Of a stretch of 64,000 nt of DNA, positions 36,702-47,378 are shown in pieces; the first letter of the stretch is position 1, and every line of letters begins with the position of its first letter. The notes under the pieces were generated by a model. That model worked only from the letters and a program-made list of their open reading frames with translations. It did not search any database and was not told the DNA's origin. Source of the stretch: a virus; IMG/VR virus record IMGVR_UViG_3300036861_000806, positions 26,955 to 90,954 of that record. One strand, given 5' to 3'. Position numbers and translations under genes: made by a program.

Positions 36702-38387
36702 TCATCGGAACAATCCCTCCATCGGCGTGATCGCCCCACGCTCAGGAATAACACCCATTGTCCGGAGCCAAGCGAGATCGCGGTTGAATCGACCGCCGTT
36801 CGGATGGAGCTCAAGCAGCTCGGCCAATGCTTCGCGGCTCAACGCTCGACCGGCCTTGATGATGGCGATCAGAATGCGGCGCTTGCTCTCGTCCGGCAGC
36901 GCGGCCAAGGCGGCATCGCTCCCCGTGTCCCGCGGTCTGGCGTGCTGCATCCCCAGCGATGTGAGCGTGAGCCCGTCGAGATAGCCGGCGGCGCGGAGAC
37001 TAGCGAGCCCGCGGTTGTACCGACCCCCATTCGGGTGCAGATCCTGCCAGCGGGCGACGGCTTCCCGGCTGAGCGGGATACCGCGCGTGACGAGCATCAG
37101 GATCGTGTCAAGGATCCGTTGTTGCGGGCCATCGAGCCCCTCTGCAGGCAGGTCGGTGGTGGGGATGCGTCTGGCGGGAATGATGCGCCCCGGGCCAGCT
37201 GCAGGCCATGATCGTCGAACCTCCTCCAGCCGCCCCCGTAGCCCCTCCAGCGCCGCCAGGAGGCGCCCCTGAGCCTCCACGTCGACCTGGACGACCTTCG
37301 CGCGCCGTTCTGCCGTCTTCTTGGCCCGGCGCGTAGCAACCTCTAGGCGACGCACCAATGGTTCGTTCAGGACATTGACCTTGACCGCGACGCGCTTTTC
37401 CTTGCGTGCCGGTACCGTCTTTTCTGCCTTCGCGAGCTGGGCCTTCACCTCCGCGAGCTGACGCCTCAGCTCGCGGGGATCCTCGGCCTTCGCCCTCTCG
37501 ATCGTGGCGGCCATTTTGGTACGCAGCCGCTCCAGGTCGACCGGGGCCAGCGCTTTCGGTTCGGCGCGGCGTTCACCGGTTTTCGGTGTGGCCGCTGAGT
37601 CAAAGGTCTCGCGCTGGTGCATCATGACGCGCTTGAGCCCGATCGGATGGCCTTCTGGGAAGTCCGGCGCCCAGATGAACGCCTCTCCGGTCTTCAATGT
37701 GGAGAGCTCGGCGAGGATCTCCTCGCGCTCACCGTGATACCGGATCCACTCGCGAATGGCTGCGACATCCTGAGGCCCAAGGGTCCGATGGACGATGAGG
37801 ATCTCTGCCTGCGTCGTGATGTTCTTGCTCAGGCTGGCAGGCCTCTGCGTAATCGCAGAGCCACCCAGCCCAGACGAGCGCCCAAGCTTCCAGATCCGGG
37901 CCACATGCCCAAGCATCTCCTCTTCGCCTTTGAATGGATTCTGCGGCGCAACCTCGTGCGCCTCTTCGAGGAAGATATGCAGCGGCTCCGTGTTCTTCTG
38001 GAAGAGTTGGCGCGTCAGATCTGCTACGAACCGACCACGCTCACGCCCCGGGAGGTGTTTAATAGAGAGCACGGCCGAGATCCGATGCTCGACAAGAACA
38101 TCGGCGATCGTGGTGCCGACGGTGGCCTCGAGCGGGACATCGGCATGGCGGCCACCGAAAATGTAGACGGAAAGCCCTGGGCCCTTTCCATCCTTCGAGG
38201 ACTTCAGGCCCCACCACGTATCAGTGGGATCAACCACGACGAACGGCACGCCGGCATGGAAGAATTGCTCGGCTAAGACCGCGGCCGTGTTACTCTTACC
38301 GCTCCCGCGCTTTCCCACGACGAGAAACGTCTGTGTCGCCGCTTCGATCGGGAGGGTGAGACCGTGGCCGAGATGAAGCGATCTCAT
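36702..38387 (-). CDS. HerA/DUF87-like ATPase with coiled coil and duplicated C-terminal wHTH
   Basis: GKRGSGKS, VVVDP, IFLEEAH, ITQRP; two LSRE..A....LHPNGGR.NR.LA.LR repeats. Confidence 0.85.
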   Translation of the reverse strand: MRSLHLGHGLTLPIEAATQTFLVVGKRGSGKSNTAAVLAEQFFHAGVPFVVVDPTDTWWGLKSSKDGKGPGLSVYIFGGRHADVPLEATVGTTIADVLVEHRISAVLSIKHLPGRERGRFVADLTRQLFQKNTEPLHIFLEEAHEVAPQNPFKGEEEMLGHVARIWKLGRSSGLGGSAITQRPASLSKNITTQAEILIVHRTLGPQDVAAIREWIRYHGEREEILAELSTLKTGEAFIWAPDFPEGHPIGLKRVMMHQRETFDSAATPKTGERRAEPKALAPVDLERLRTKMAATIERAKAEDPRELRRQLAEVKAQLAKAEKTVPARKEKRVAVKVNVLNEPLVRRLEVATRRAKKTAERRAKVVQVDVEAQGRLLAALEGLRGRLEEVRRSWPAAGPGRIIPARRIPTTDLPAEGLDGPQQRILDTILMLVTRGIPLSREAVARWQDLHPNGGRYNRGLASLRAAGYLDGLTLTSLGMQHARPRDTGSDAALAALPDESKRRILIAIIKAGRALSREALAELLELHPNGGRFNRDLAWLRTMGVIPERGAITPMEGLFR

Positions 38388-40858
38388 CCCTCCCCCCGCT
38401 CCCTCGCAGGCGGCTCCGCGAGGAGATCGTCGATATCTATCTGCTCGGCGATCGGCTTCGCGCCCAGCGCCTTACTCACGTTGCGAACCATTTGTCTGTA
38501 GTAGCTCGCCTTCAGCTCGATTCCTACGCCCCGTCGCCCACCCAGCACGGCGGCGTAGACCTCGGAACCGATGCCGGCGAACGGCGACAGCACCGTCTCG
38601 CCTGGGTTGCTCCACAAAACGAGCCCGCGGTTGATCACATCAAGCTGAAGCGGATGAATATGAGACTCGTCCTGCTCCTCCCGAGCCTCGCGATACGAGA
38701 GCACTTCATCAAGGCGGATATCGTCCCAGAACGACGAGGCGTATTGCCGCCAGATCCACTGTGAGTATTGATTCTCGATCTGGTTACCCGGCCATCCGCG
38801 ATAGCGCAGGATCTCGGCCGGGGGCAGGCGTTCGCCGGCGTAGGCCATGAGGCCTGTTGGATGCGCGACCGGCACAGGATTGACCCCACGGCGACGGAAG
38901 CGGAGCAAGTAATCCGCGTGCGCGAGCGATACCTTGGTGGAATCGAGGCACACGGTCTTGTGATGCAGAGAGCGCAACATCGTCCGGTTCCTGACCGTCA
39001 ACGGCTCTTTCCAGATATGATAGCGGCCCGCATACTCAAAGCCGTGGCGACGATGCAGTCGGATGATGTCCCCCGGAAAATCGATGACGGGCACGAAGTC
39101 TCCGCCATCGGGAATCTCCATGCAATGCACCAACGCCATCCGTCCTGGCACCAGCAGCCGCGCACTCTCACGGACAACATACTCGTAGTGCTCGAAGAAC
39201 TCTGTGTAGTCCTTGCTGTTGGAGAGATCACGCGGGTCGGAGGAATACTGATAGAGCAGGCCACCGAAGGGGGGCGAGTAGATCACGAGATGGACAGACT
39301 GCTCCGGCAGGTCGACCATCACGTCGATGCAGTCTCCGTGATAGAGCGCGTAGCGGTCGGTGATTACAGGGGTCGGACACAGCCACCTCGGGGGTTCTAT
39401 CCGAGCGCGGGACCGGTCGACGGTAAGTCGCTGGGCGTCACGCATGTGGACGATGATCGCCGCGAACATCTCATCGGCGCGCGCGCATTTGCGGCGCAGA
39501 CGCTCCTGAATGCGGATCTCGCCTTCCGTCCAGATCACATCCACCGTGACCGGCCGCATCTGACCATAGCGCCAGCAACGCCGGACTGATTGGTAGTAGC
39601 CCTCGAACGAATGCGTCGCGAAAGTCACCATGTGTGCGCAATGCTGGAAATTAAGCCCGAGCCCGGCAATGCGGCTTTTGGTGACCAACACACGCGCCTC
39701 GCCACGGAGAAACGCCCGGATGCGCTCCTCCTTCTCGTCCTCTTCGAGCGCGCCGGTCACTTCCACCGCGTCAGGAATGAGCTTCGCCAGCAGAGCGCTC
39801 TCGGCGTTCAGTTGGCACCACGCGATACCCGGCTCGCGATGATCGAGAAGCTGCGCGGCACGCTCACACCGCTCCGTGAGTGAGCGGCGCCGCTCATCAA
39901 GTTCTTGACGCATGGAGAGTGCCGGGAGCGTGAACAGCATCCCGTCTGGAGGTCGACTCGCTGGGATGACATGATCGCGCTCGATCAGCGGCGGCAATGC
40001 AAACTCCCGATCGTCGAACGCCGGATCGAGATCGGACGGCTTTCGGCACGCACGTGCCCACGAGGCGATCCAACGCCAGAACGGTTGATGCGCGTAGCCC
40101 TTAAGGCGCCAGCGGCCCGTCATGGTATCCAGCGCGCCGAGTGAGATACGTCGGGTGAAGTGACCGGAGAACATGACCCGCCGCCGCTCTTCCCAGCCCA
40201 TCTCCTCGAAGAATTCCTCGATCATGTCAGAATGCGTCAACTCCCCGAGGGCCTCACTCGACGAGCCAAGCTCTGACCAGTCATTCGGCGCTGGCGTCGC
40301 CGAGGCGAGCAACCGATAGGGAATCTTCAGGAGAAAGCGCGTGATGGCCTTGCGAGTCGCGCCGTCAAAATGCTTGAGGATTCCACTCTCGTCGCACTCG
40401 ACGCCCGCATAGTCGCCAGGATCAAGACGGTGGAGCTGTTGGTAATTGATCACGCCGATACGCGGCAGGGCTGCTCCGGGCCGGAGGCGAGAAACTTCGA
40501 CGCCAAACTTCTCGCCCTCCGCGACAGTCTGCACCCCAACTGCGAGAGGGGCCAGGATCAGGACACGGCCGCCCGTGTGGCGCGCGACGTTCTCTGCCCA
40601 GGCTAACTCCATCGCGGTTTTTCCAAGCCCGGTATCCGCGAAAACGCCGCGTCGCCCGCCGCGCAACGCCCAGCCGACGAGATGGCTCTGAAATGGGAAG
40701 AGAAAGTCTGGCATCCACACTGGCTCGAAGCCGTGCTCGCCGGCGAGATTAGTCTTAGCGTCCAGAAACGCCGCATAGTCTCTCACGCGAACACCTGCGC
40801 CCGAACTTCCGCCACCCGCCCCGCCAGCTTGAGCACCTGTTCGGTCGGTCGATCCCAC
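38384..40858 (-). CDS. SNF2-like helicase fused to N4C/N6A DNA methyltransferase
   Basis: DTGLGKT, CDES, SATP, GLNFQHC, QSVRRCWRYGQ; then GDC, IYSPPF, HIHPLQLD, SPFAGIGSE, GIELK. Confidence 0.9.
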   Translation of the reverse strand: MGSTDRTGAQAGGAGGGSSGAGVRVRDYAAFLDAKTNLAGEHGFEPVWMPDFLFPFQSHLVGWALRGGRRGVFADTGLGKTAMELAWAENVARHTGGRVLILAPLAVGVQTVAEGEKFGVEVSRLRPGAALPRIGVINYQQLHRLDPGDYAGVECDESGILKHFDGATRKAITRFLLKIPYRLLASATPAPNDWSELGSSSEALGELTHSDMIEEFFEEMGWEERRRVMFSGHFTRRISLGALDTMTGRWRLKGYAHQPFWRWIASWARACRKPSDLDPAFDDREFALPPLIERDHVIPASRPPDGMLFTLPALSMRQELDERRRSLTERCERAAQLLDHREPGIAWCQLNAESALLAKLIPDAVEVTGALEEDEKEERIRAFLRGEARVLVTKSRIAGLGLNFQHCAHMVTFATHSFEGYYQSVRRCWRYGQMRPVTVDVIWTEGEIRIQERLRRKCARADEMFAAIIVHMRDAQRLTVDRSRARIEPPRWLCPTPVITDRYALYHGDCIDVMVDLPEQSVHLVIYSPPFGGLLYQYSSDPRDLSNSKDYTEFFEHYEYVVRESARLLVPGRMALVHCMEIPDGGDFVPVIDFPGDIIRLHRRHGFEYAGRYHIWKEPLTVRNRTMLRSLHHKTVCLDSTKVSLAHADYLLRFRRRGVNPVPVAHPTGLMAYAGERLPPAEILRYRGWPGNQIENQYSQWIWRQYASSFWDDIRLDEVLSYREAREEQDESHIHPLQLDVINRGLVLWSNPGETVLSPFAGIGSEVYAAVLGGRRGVGIELKASYYRQMVRNVSKALGAKPIAEQIDIDDLLAEPPARERGEG

Positions 40859-41086
40859 TCTCCGATCTTGAGCAACGCCTCAGCGTATGCGAAAGCCTGG
40901 AGTTTCGGAAGGCCCGTCGGCAGAATCGACCGACCTGAGACGACGTGACTCACAGTCCAGCCACGATGGCGACCAGGTGTTCGATGTAGCGCCAATCCTT
41001 GGCGGACGGACGCTATGACCTGAAACGGTCCCTCCTTGCAGTCCAGTGTGATCTCCAGGCGTCGCCAGCAGGTCACTTGATTGTGC

Positions 41087-41428
41087 TCACAGCCGCGTCC
41101 ACTTCGTCGCCACGCCACGCGACGTCTCGACCGGATACCGCGTCTCCGCGTCCTTGAGCTTCGCGCGGATCGCGGCTGCGGGATCAAGGTTGAGCGCATG
41201 ACAGAACATGAGGGCGAAGATCATCACGTCGGCGACCTCTTTGCCAGCGTCGATCCGTAGTTCGTCGGAGATCTGCTCTCGCTCGGGGAGCCAGCGGAAC
41301 AGGTCGCAGAGTTCGCCGGCTTCGGAGGCTAAGGCCATCACGAGATTCTTCGGCGTGTGGAAGCGTCGCCAGTCGCGGGCGTCGCGGAAGGCGATCGCGC
41401 GGTCGGTGAGGTCGCGGAGGGTGCTCAT
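41087..41428 (-). CDS. MazG-like nucleotide pyrophosphohydrolase
   Basis: FRDARDWRRFHTPKNLVMALASEAGEL..EVADV..RYP. Confidence 0.9.
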   Translation of the reverse strand: MSTLRDLTDRAIAFRDARDWRRFHTPKNLVMALASEAGELCDLFRWLPEREQISDELRIDAGKEVADVMIFALMFCHALNLDPAAAIRAKLKDAETRYPVETSRGVATKWTRL

Positions 41429-41480
41429 CGCTCAGAATCCCCTGTGTTTATGCGGGTAAATGAGGACTTGACAAAACCCT

Positions 41481-41924
41481 TCACACGCACGGCTCCACGT
41501 TCTCAGCGTGCGTAATGCGGATGTGGGCGCCCGGCGCGGCGTCGTATCGCTTCGCCATCCGAATCTCCACCAAACGCGAGTCGTCAACGAACACAATCCC
41601 ATTCAGGGCATCCTCGATCGCCTTGAGACAATTCGAGAGGTCGGGCTTGGTGATGGGATAGATGACGCGCTTCGGCAGGGACTTCGGGCGCGGCAGATAA
41701 AACATGATAGTCATGACCAATGGCCCGTCAACGGGGACTGGTGGCCGATGCGGGAGCACCTGCGCCAGCACCGTCCGCTTCCAGTCCTTGTCCTGAGAAC
41801 GCTCATACACCCGAGCCGTGGTCGCCCCGTTGGGCAGCCGGATGGCTCGGGCTCGTGGTCGCCCTTGCGGGATAGGGACGCCATAGATGCGGACGGCGAG
41901 AATGAGGCTCACCGGCTCAACCAC
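41481..41924 (-). CDS. rusA: RusA Holliday junction resolvase
   Basis: PQGRPR, KPDLSNCLKAIEDALNG..DDS. Confidence 0.9.
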   Translation of the reverse strand: MVEPVSLILAVRIYGVPIPQGRPRARAIRLPNGATTARVYERSQDKDWKRTVLAQVLPHRPPVPVDGPLVMTIMFYLPRPKSLPKRVIYPITKPDLSNCLKAIEDALNGIVFVDDSRLVEIRMAKRYDAAPGAHIRITHAENVEPCV

Positions 41925-42074
41925 CCCTCCTCACCCGCCGTTGCCACCGCCGCACGACATCCTCTGCCGCCGCCATCGAGATCCCGAGCCGGAGCGCGAG
42001 GTAGGCGAAACTCTCGCCGTGTCTGAACGCCTCGCAGATGCGACCGGAAAGGAAAGCGGTCAGACGGCGGCGCG

Positions 42075-43348
42075 TCACGCCTCGCCCTCTCGCGCCGCCG
42101 GCTCATCGCGCACCATCCGCACGGCCAGCCCCATGCGGAGTCCGGTATCAAGCCCCATGCGCATGTGGAGGCCAACGAAGCGGCCGAGGATCTTCCGATC
42201 TTCTTCGGAGAGCCCTTCGGCAATCCGGCTGATCCCCACCTTGAGCCGGTCGATTTCCGGGAAGTCCTTTTCAATCCTCGCGCGCCGCCACCAGCCCTCG
42301 ATCTGATTCGCGGCGTGATCGGTCCAGCCCTCGGCGTCAAGCATCTGAGCGAGGACGGTGGACGAGCGCGGGCCCTGCTTGCCGAGGTGGCGACGCAGAG
42401 TCACTTCGTCTGGCCGTCCGGTGGTCATACGAGGTCTCCTTTGATCGCGACAGGTTCCACCTTCCGCCACTTCGTTGATCGCTTCGCTGGCCACCGGCGC
42501 CGCTGCTCATCAAGCGTGGTGACGTTTTTAGGACGGTCGGTTGGCGTGTAGGGATGCGGGTCATTGGTGATCTTGTGGGCGAGCTGCTCCATGGCCCGCG
42601 CCCACAGCCCTTGAGCACACCACGGCTCGCCATTAACGATCGTCATCGCTGCGGGGATTAAATCAACGCTGCAGTGAACGCAGATCACGCCGTTGCCTCA
42701 TTCTTAGAATGCTCTCCTATGCGCAGCAGAGCCGCGATCTGCTTCCGGCTCTGATGCTCCCGGGTGAGGAAGGGCGTGATGATCCATTCGCGCTCATCGG
42801 CGAGAGCCTGAGCGACCAGTTGCACGGCATTGCTCCAGTCGTTCTCCATCCAGTCGACGACATTCCCCGCCCGTTCCAAGTCCCGCGCGCTCGGCTCAGT
42901 CATCACGGATGCCACAGCGGATGAGTGCCAGTGATTTACGCATGTAGATCCTCCAGGGCGGCGAACAGTTCACCGCGTAGGTAACCGAGCTGCACACGCT
43001 CATCGCCTTCCGGTGGGCGCGGGTCCGACTCATGAACGATGCAGAAGAGGCGTCGATATCGGTCGGCGATCTCAACCACCTCCCACAGCCGACATCCGTC
43101 CGGGCGTTGGCGGCGAAGTCGAGGTTCGCATCCGCCTGACCAATCCTGTTCTCACGGTCCTCGTTGTCGTCCCACTCGTCGATGTCGATCGCGTCGAGCA
43201 CGGGCTCGCCGCCGTGGGGATCTTGCGACCGCGCATTGACGTAGCTTGGGCAGTCGGTACGCCGCCACGGGAGCGGCACGAGATACCAGGGACCAGCGGT
43301 CGCTTCCTTCGCTCGCGCCTCGATGATGGCTAGGCGTTCGGGCGTCAT
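42075..43348 (-). other. Run of small coupled hypothetical early genes
   Basis: 42075-42428, 42425-42688, 42685-42915, 42896-43348 with overlapping start/stop codons. Confidence 0.5.
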
Positions 43349-44421
43349 TTCTTGTCCCCCTCGGGCTGGGGGGAAAGGGCGGCGCGGGCGAGAATCTGAA
43401 TCGTGAGGAGCGTCGGACCAAGTTGCTCGTCATCGGCCTTGTCGATCAAATCACCGATCTGTTGCAGCGCCCCCCGCAGCCGCTCCCGCTCCCCTTCCAC
43501 CTCGGCGAGACGCTCCCGTGCCCGTTGCTCGGCGTCGTGCGCCGACTGGACCGTCCGCTCATCCTCGACCTTCTCGGCTTCGAGGGCGGCGAGGCGGGCG
43601 CGGAGGGCGGCGATCTCGTCGGGCAGCTCTACGTACCCGGGAAGCTCACGCGATAGGTAGCGCACGGGTCGACCGATTGATTCCGCGTAGGCGATCTCTG
43701 ACTTAGTGCTGTCGCCGATATAGCCGCCCACGTCGAGTACCCACACCCAATCGCACAGGTCGATCTTCCGTTTGTGCAGCCAATCGAGGCGTTCCTTGTG
43801 GGCCGGATCGAACTCGCCTGACGCCTTCGGCAGCATTCGCCCGATCGTCAGGACGATGCAGCCCTCATCCGCCAGTCGCGCAAGCTGACCGGCCCACGTC
43901 GACCGGAAGCGCACCGACCCGCACATGCAGACGATCGGGGCCGTAAACCTCCCTCGTAGCCCGTCCCGCTCCTCCCGCAGCCGCATGTTCTCTTCGTCTC
44001 TCGCACGGATCACCGCTACAGAGGCGGCCAGATCGGCGGCACGAGACTCGACCGCCGCGTCCCGCTCCAGCGACAGGCGGCCGATGATCCGCACGTTCTC
44101 CTCCCGCAGCGCCTCATTCTCGCGGATGATGGCGGTCTGCGCGTCGGTGTCGGCCTCTTGCTGGTCGACCTGATTGCGGAGCGCGTCCCGCTCCCCTTCA
44201 AGGGCGGCGAGCAGGGCGCGGAGATCGTCACGCTCACGGATTGTCAGTAACCACGCCGCGACGACTTCGTTCGGCGTCATGTCGGGCAGCAGTCCGGCTT
44301 CTAGCGTTGCGCGCAAAGAGTCGCCGCTCAGTCCGACAACGCGATGATCGCCCGCGTGCCCAACCGAGCAGTTACAGCGCCATCCACTGGCGAGCGGGAA
44401 CCCGCAATATTCAGTCGTCAC
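43345..44421 (-). CDS. Coiled-coil protein with internal DUF4406 / deoxyribosyltransferase-like domain
   Basis: IVCMCGSVRF...LHKRKIDLCD..VLDVGGYIGDSTKSEIAYA flanked by heptad repeats. Confidence 0.65.
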   Translation of the reverse strand: MTTEYCGFPLASGWRCNCSVGHAGDHRVVGLSGDSLRATLEAGLLPDMTPNEVVAAWLLTIRERDDLRALLAALEGERDALRNQVDQQEADTDAQTAIIRENEALREENVRIIGRLSLERDAAVESRAADLAASVAVIRARDEENMRLREERDGLRGRFTAPIVCMCGSVRFRSTWAGQLARLADEGCIVLTIGRMLPKASGEFDPAHKERLDWLHKRKIDLCDWVWVLDVGGYIGDSTKSEIAYAESIGRPVRYLSRELPGYVELPDEIAALRARLAALEAEKVEDERTVQSAHDAEQRARERLAEVEGERERLRGALQQIGDLIDKADDEQLGPTLLTIQILARAALSPQPEGDKK

Positions 44422-44897
44422 AGCGCACCATCTCTTTCAGCCGCGCGTTCTCCGTGAGTACCCGGATGGTTTCTTTCGCGGCTCCCAACCTCATCGCTCG
44501 GCTCGCGCGTCAGGTCAGCGGGCACGTCGGCTCTCCGCATCGAGCAAGCGCTGAATCTGACCAGCCACCGCGAATTCGGACCAGCCACCGCCGTCTACTT
44601 TGCCCGGCAATTCCAGCACCAGGCGGTCGGCTCGCTGCCCGGCGCCGTTCGTGAACAACATCCGCGCGATCTTCTTTGCGAGCTTGGCGTTGCGCGTCGG
44701 GTCAGGCATCAGCGCGGCTCTGAGTCTGGAACACCGAATAGCGATCGTGCCCCAGCAGCGGCTCACTGACGACGAACGCGCCGGGGTGTGTCCAGGCATA
44801 CACGAGCGTCTCGGATTCATCCGCGAAGCTGGCAAGCCAACGACGGCTTGCCAAGTAATCGCGGCGCGCGCTCAACTCTGGGGACCAATGACCGCCC

Positions 44898-45251
44898 TTA
44901 CCCATCCGCCCCTCCCCCTCCCCGCTCCCTCCCTGGCCCGTCGACTCGGGTGACGTTCAGCGCGACGTGGAAGTGTCGGCAGTAAACAGCCACGGCCTTC
45001 CACGTCGCGCTGAACGTCACCCGATCGCCTCGCGGTATGACTCTCGAAGCGACGTTCCACTTTCGGCGTCCTAGCTCCAAGTCGCACAGGTATGACGCCG
45101 TAAACCCAAGCTCCCGCGCGACCTCTCGAAGCGTCTTGCCGCGTCGCTTCCGGCGCTCACGCCACTCCGCGCCCTCGACCGACGAATGGCGAATGATCCC
45201 ACTGCCGGAGCACGCCGAGCACAATGTCTCGCCGGTTCGCAGTGCCCTCAC
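44898..45251 (-). CDS. XRE-type HTH protein with N-terminal CxxC
   Basis: CSACSGSG; RKRRGKTLREVARELGFTASYLCDLELGRR. Confidence 0.7.
   Translation of the reverse strand: MRALRTGETLCSACSGSGIIRHSSVEGAEWRERRKRRGKTLREVARELGFTASYLCDLELGRRKWNVASRVIPRGDRVTFSATWKAVAVYCRHFHVALNVTRVDGPGRERGGGGADG
44946..45024. repeat. Perfect 28-bp inverted repeat with 23-nt spacer
   Basis: TCGGGTGACGTTCAGCGCGACGTGGAAG (44946-44973) and its reverse complement (44997-45024). Confidence 0.95.
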
Positions 45252-45752
45252 GCCCGCTCCCTCCCTGGCCCGCCGGCCGGGGCGCGGTAAGACTCCATGG
45301 CGGCTCTCTCGGCTTTCCCCGTGGCAAGACTGTGGCCGCCCGCGACCCCTGAATTTCCACAGAAACCGCACATGTAGGTAACGCGCCGCGCCTGCACCTT
45401 GAAATGCCAGCAGTCCGGCCCGCATCGCGGCCTCTCCGCGATGACGCAGGGGCATGTATAACGATCTGGGGTCACCCTCACACCTCCCTCCCTGGCCCGC
45501 CGGCCTCGGCGCGGAGGGCGGCGATCATTCGCTCAGCCGCCCGCATCGCCTCTCGTCGTGTGCGAAAGTGGCCGTCGAGTACAGACCAGCCATAGACCAC
45601 GCCGCGGCGTGCGCCATCGACCATTGCCTGCCATCCGCCGCCCTCAAGCTTGACGACGGCTGCCGATTGTAGTGGCGCGAATCGGTAAATGTAGGAGATG
45701 GGATCAGTCTTGTTCCACTTCGTGGCCCGCTCCTGATCGCCTGCGCTCGGGG

Positions 45753-46988
45753 TCACCGCAGACTCTCGCCAGCCGCAGCCTCGAACGAGTGACAGGCCCA
45801 GCACTCCCAGCAGCGCCCGATCAGGCGGCCGTCGGCTGAGACGAGCACGTCGTGGTCAGTGGCGGGACAGCGGCAGACACAAAGGGTGACGTCGTTTGGT
45901 CCACCGAACGCGGCCGATGTTGTCCCCGGGGCCGTTGGATACATCCTGCGGCTCTCTCGCCCGCTGTTTACCGCCCTCCGGCGCACTGACAACGTAGTCC
46001 TTACGATGTGTGGCCCCACTCCGTGACCGCCGTGATTTCGCGGGGTTACGGCGGCGGTTTCAAGGGCGCGATCCGGCGGCACACATCCTCGGCTTACATC
46101 CGGGGCCGGGCCGAGGCTCAGAATGGCGTCGGTGCGGTCCTGATCGACGAGCCCGAGATAGATCTGCGTCGTTGATAAGCTGGTGTGCCCGAGCAGTTCC
46201 TGCACGGCCTTGAGGTTCCGCGTGCGCTCGTAGGCGTCGGTCGCAAATCGGTGGCGGAACCGATGCGGTGTGCAGTCGTCGACCCCAGCGCGCCGGCCCC
46301 ACTGCGCCACGCGCCGCCAGATCATTTTTCGCGACCATGCCGACTCATCAAGCTTGGCGAACAGGAACGCGGCCGGCGCCGAGTCGGCGCGACGCTGACC
46401 GAGATCCTCCACCGCCGCCCAGCACTCGGGATGCAGCGGCACGTTGCGCTCACGCTCACCCTTGCCGAAGACGTGGACCTGAGCGAGCACGGGCGTTCCG
46501 TTCGGCAGCATGGTCGGGCCTGTGAGGTGCTGGCGTTGAATTCGTGGGATCTCGCCCAAGCGTAACCCCGTGTAGTACAGGAGCGCCCGCAGCGCGCGAT
46601 CCTCTACGGACACCGGGAGGGCCAGAATCGCGTCTCGGGCCGTTACCGGCAACGGCCGCGGCAAGGCCAACGGGGTCCGCACGAGGGCAATGGCCTCGGT
46701 GGGATCCGTCGCCCAATACCGACGCTGCACTCCCCATTTCGCGAAGACCCGGAGGCTCGTTTGGCAGCGACGGATGGTGACAGCTTTCAGTCCGCGATCT
46801 GCCATGTGGGCGAGCCATCCCTCGATCATCTCGTGCGTGAAGTGCTGCAAGCCATCGCGCCGCTTCTCATGGATGACGTGATCGACGAACAGCTTGATGT
46901 CGAGGCATCGGCCACTGATGGTGTACGGGCTCCGGCGGAGCATCCGAAGGTGATCCCGGAACGCGAGACGCGCGGTCTCTAATCGCAT
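45753..46988 (-). CDS. Tyrosine recombinase (XerC/D-like integrase)
   Basis: YTGLRLGE, GKGERER, HRFRHRFAT, LLGHTSLSTTQIY; long unexplained C-terminal tail. Confidence 0.92.
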   Translation of the reverse strand: MRLETARLAFRDHLRMLRRSPYTISGRCLDIKLFVDHVIHEKRRDGLQHFTHEMIEGWLAHMADRGLKAVTIRRCQTSLRVFAKWGVQRRYWATDPTEAIALVRTPLALPRPLPVTARDAILALPVSVEDRALRALLYYTGLRLGEIPRIQRQHLTGPTMLPNGTPVLAQVHVFGKGERERNVPLHPECWAAVEDLGQRRADSAPAAFLFAKLDESAWSRKMIWRRVAQWGRRAGVDDCTPHRFRHRFATDAYERTRNLKAVQELLGHTSLSTTQIYLGLVDQDRTDAILSLGPAPDVSRGCVPPDRALETAAVTPRNHGGHGVGPHIVRTTLSVRRRAVNSGRESRRMYPTAPGTTSAAFGGPNDVTLCVCRCPATDHDVLVSADGRLIGRCWECWACHSFEAAAGESLR

Positions 46989-47065
46989 AGATGCGTGCCC
47001 CCTTCGCAGACGGATGGCCCGGCCGTTGCCGGTCGGGCGGTCGGTGCGAAGGAGGGTAACTGATT

Positions 47066-47317
47066 TCATCCCTGATGTATCCCGCGCGAGCAGTCATCGC
47101 AGACGCCTAAGTCGGTGTCTTCACCACAATGGCAGTATGGGCACCAGCACCGCGCCATCTCCTGCTCAAACTCCTCCGTGTCGCAGTCATCCAGGCCGAG
47201 GTTGTAGCAGCTATCGCAGATGCCACGCTCGCCCGTGGCAAGCTCCTTTCCGCAGTCGTCGCAATACACACTCGCGTCGCTGGTCATGTCATCAGTCTCG
47301 GGCTCCGGGAGTGTCAA
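47066..47317 (-). CDS. Small Cys-rich protein
   Basis: Multiple CxxC pairs. Confidence 0.5.
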   Translation of the reverse strand: MTLPEPETDDMTSDASVYCDDCGKELATGERGICDSCYNLGLDDCDTEEFEQEMARCWCPYCHCGEDTDLGVCDDCSRGIHQG

Positions 47318-47378
47318 CGGGGGTGGCGACTCTCACCCGGCAAGCTCGCGCTTCAGCCGTACTCGACGGTCTTGGCGA

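Noticed and set aside
45753-46100. attP/att site next to the tyrosine recombinase
   Set aside because: No tRNA-end duplication, arm repeats or host junction could be identified by eye.
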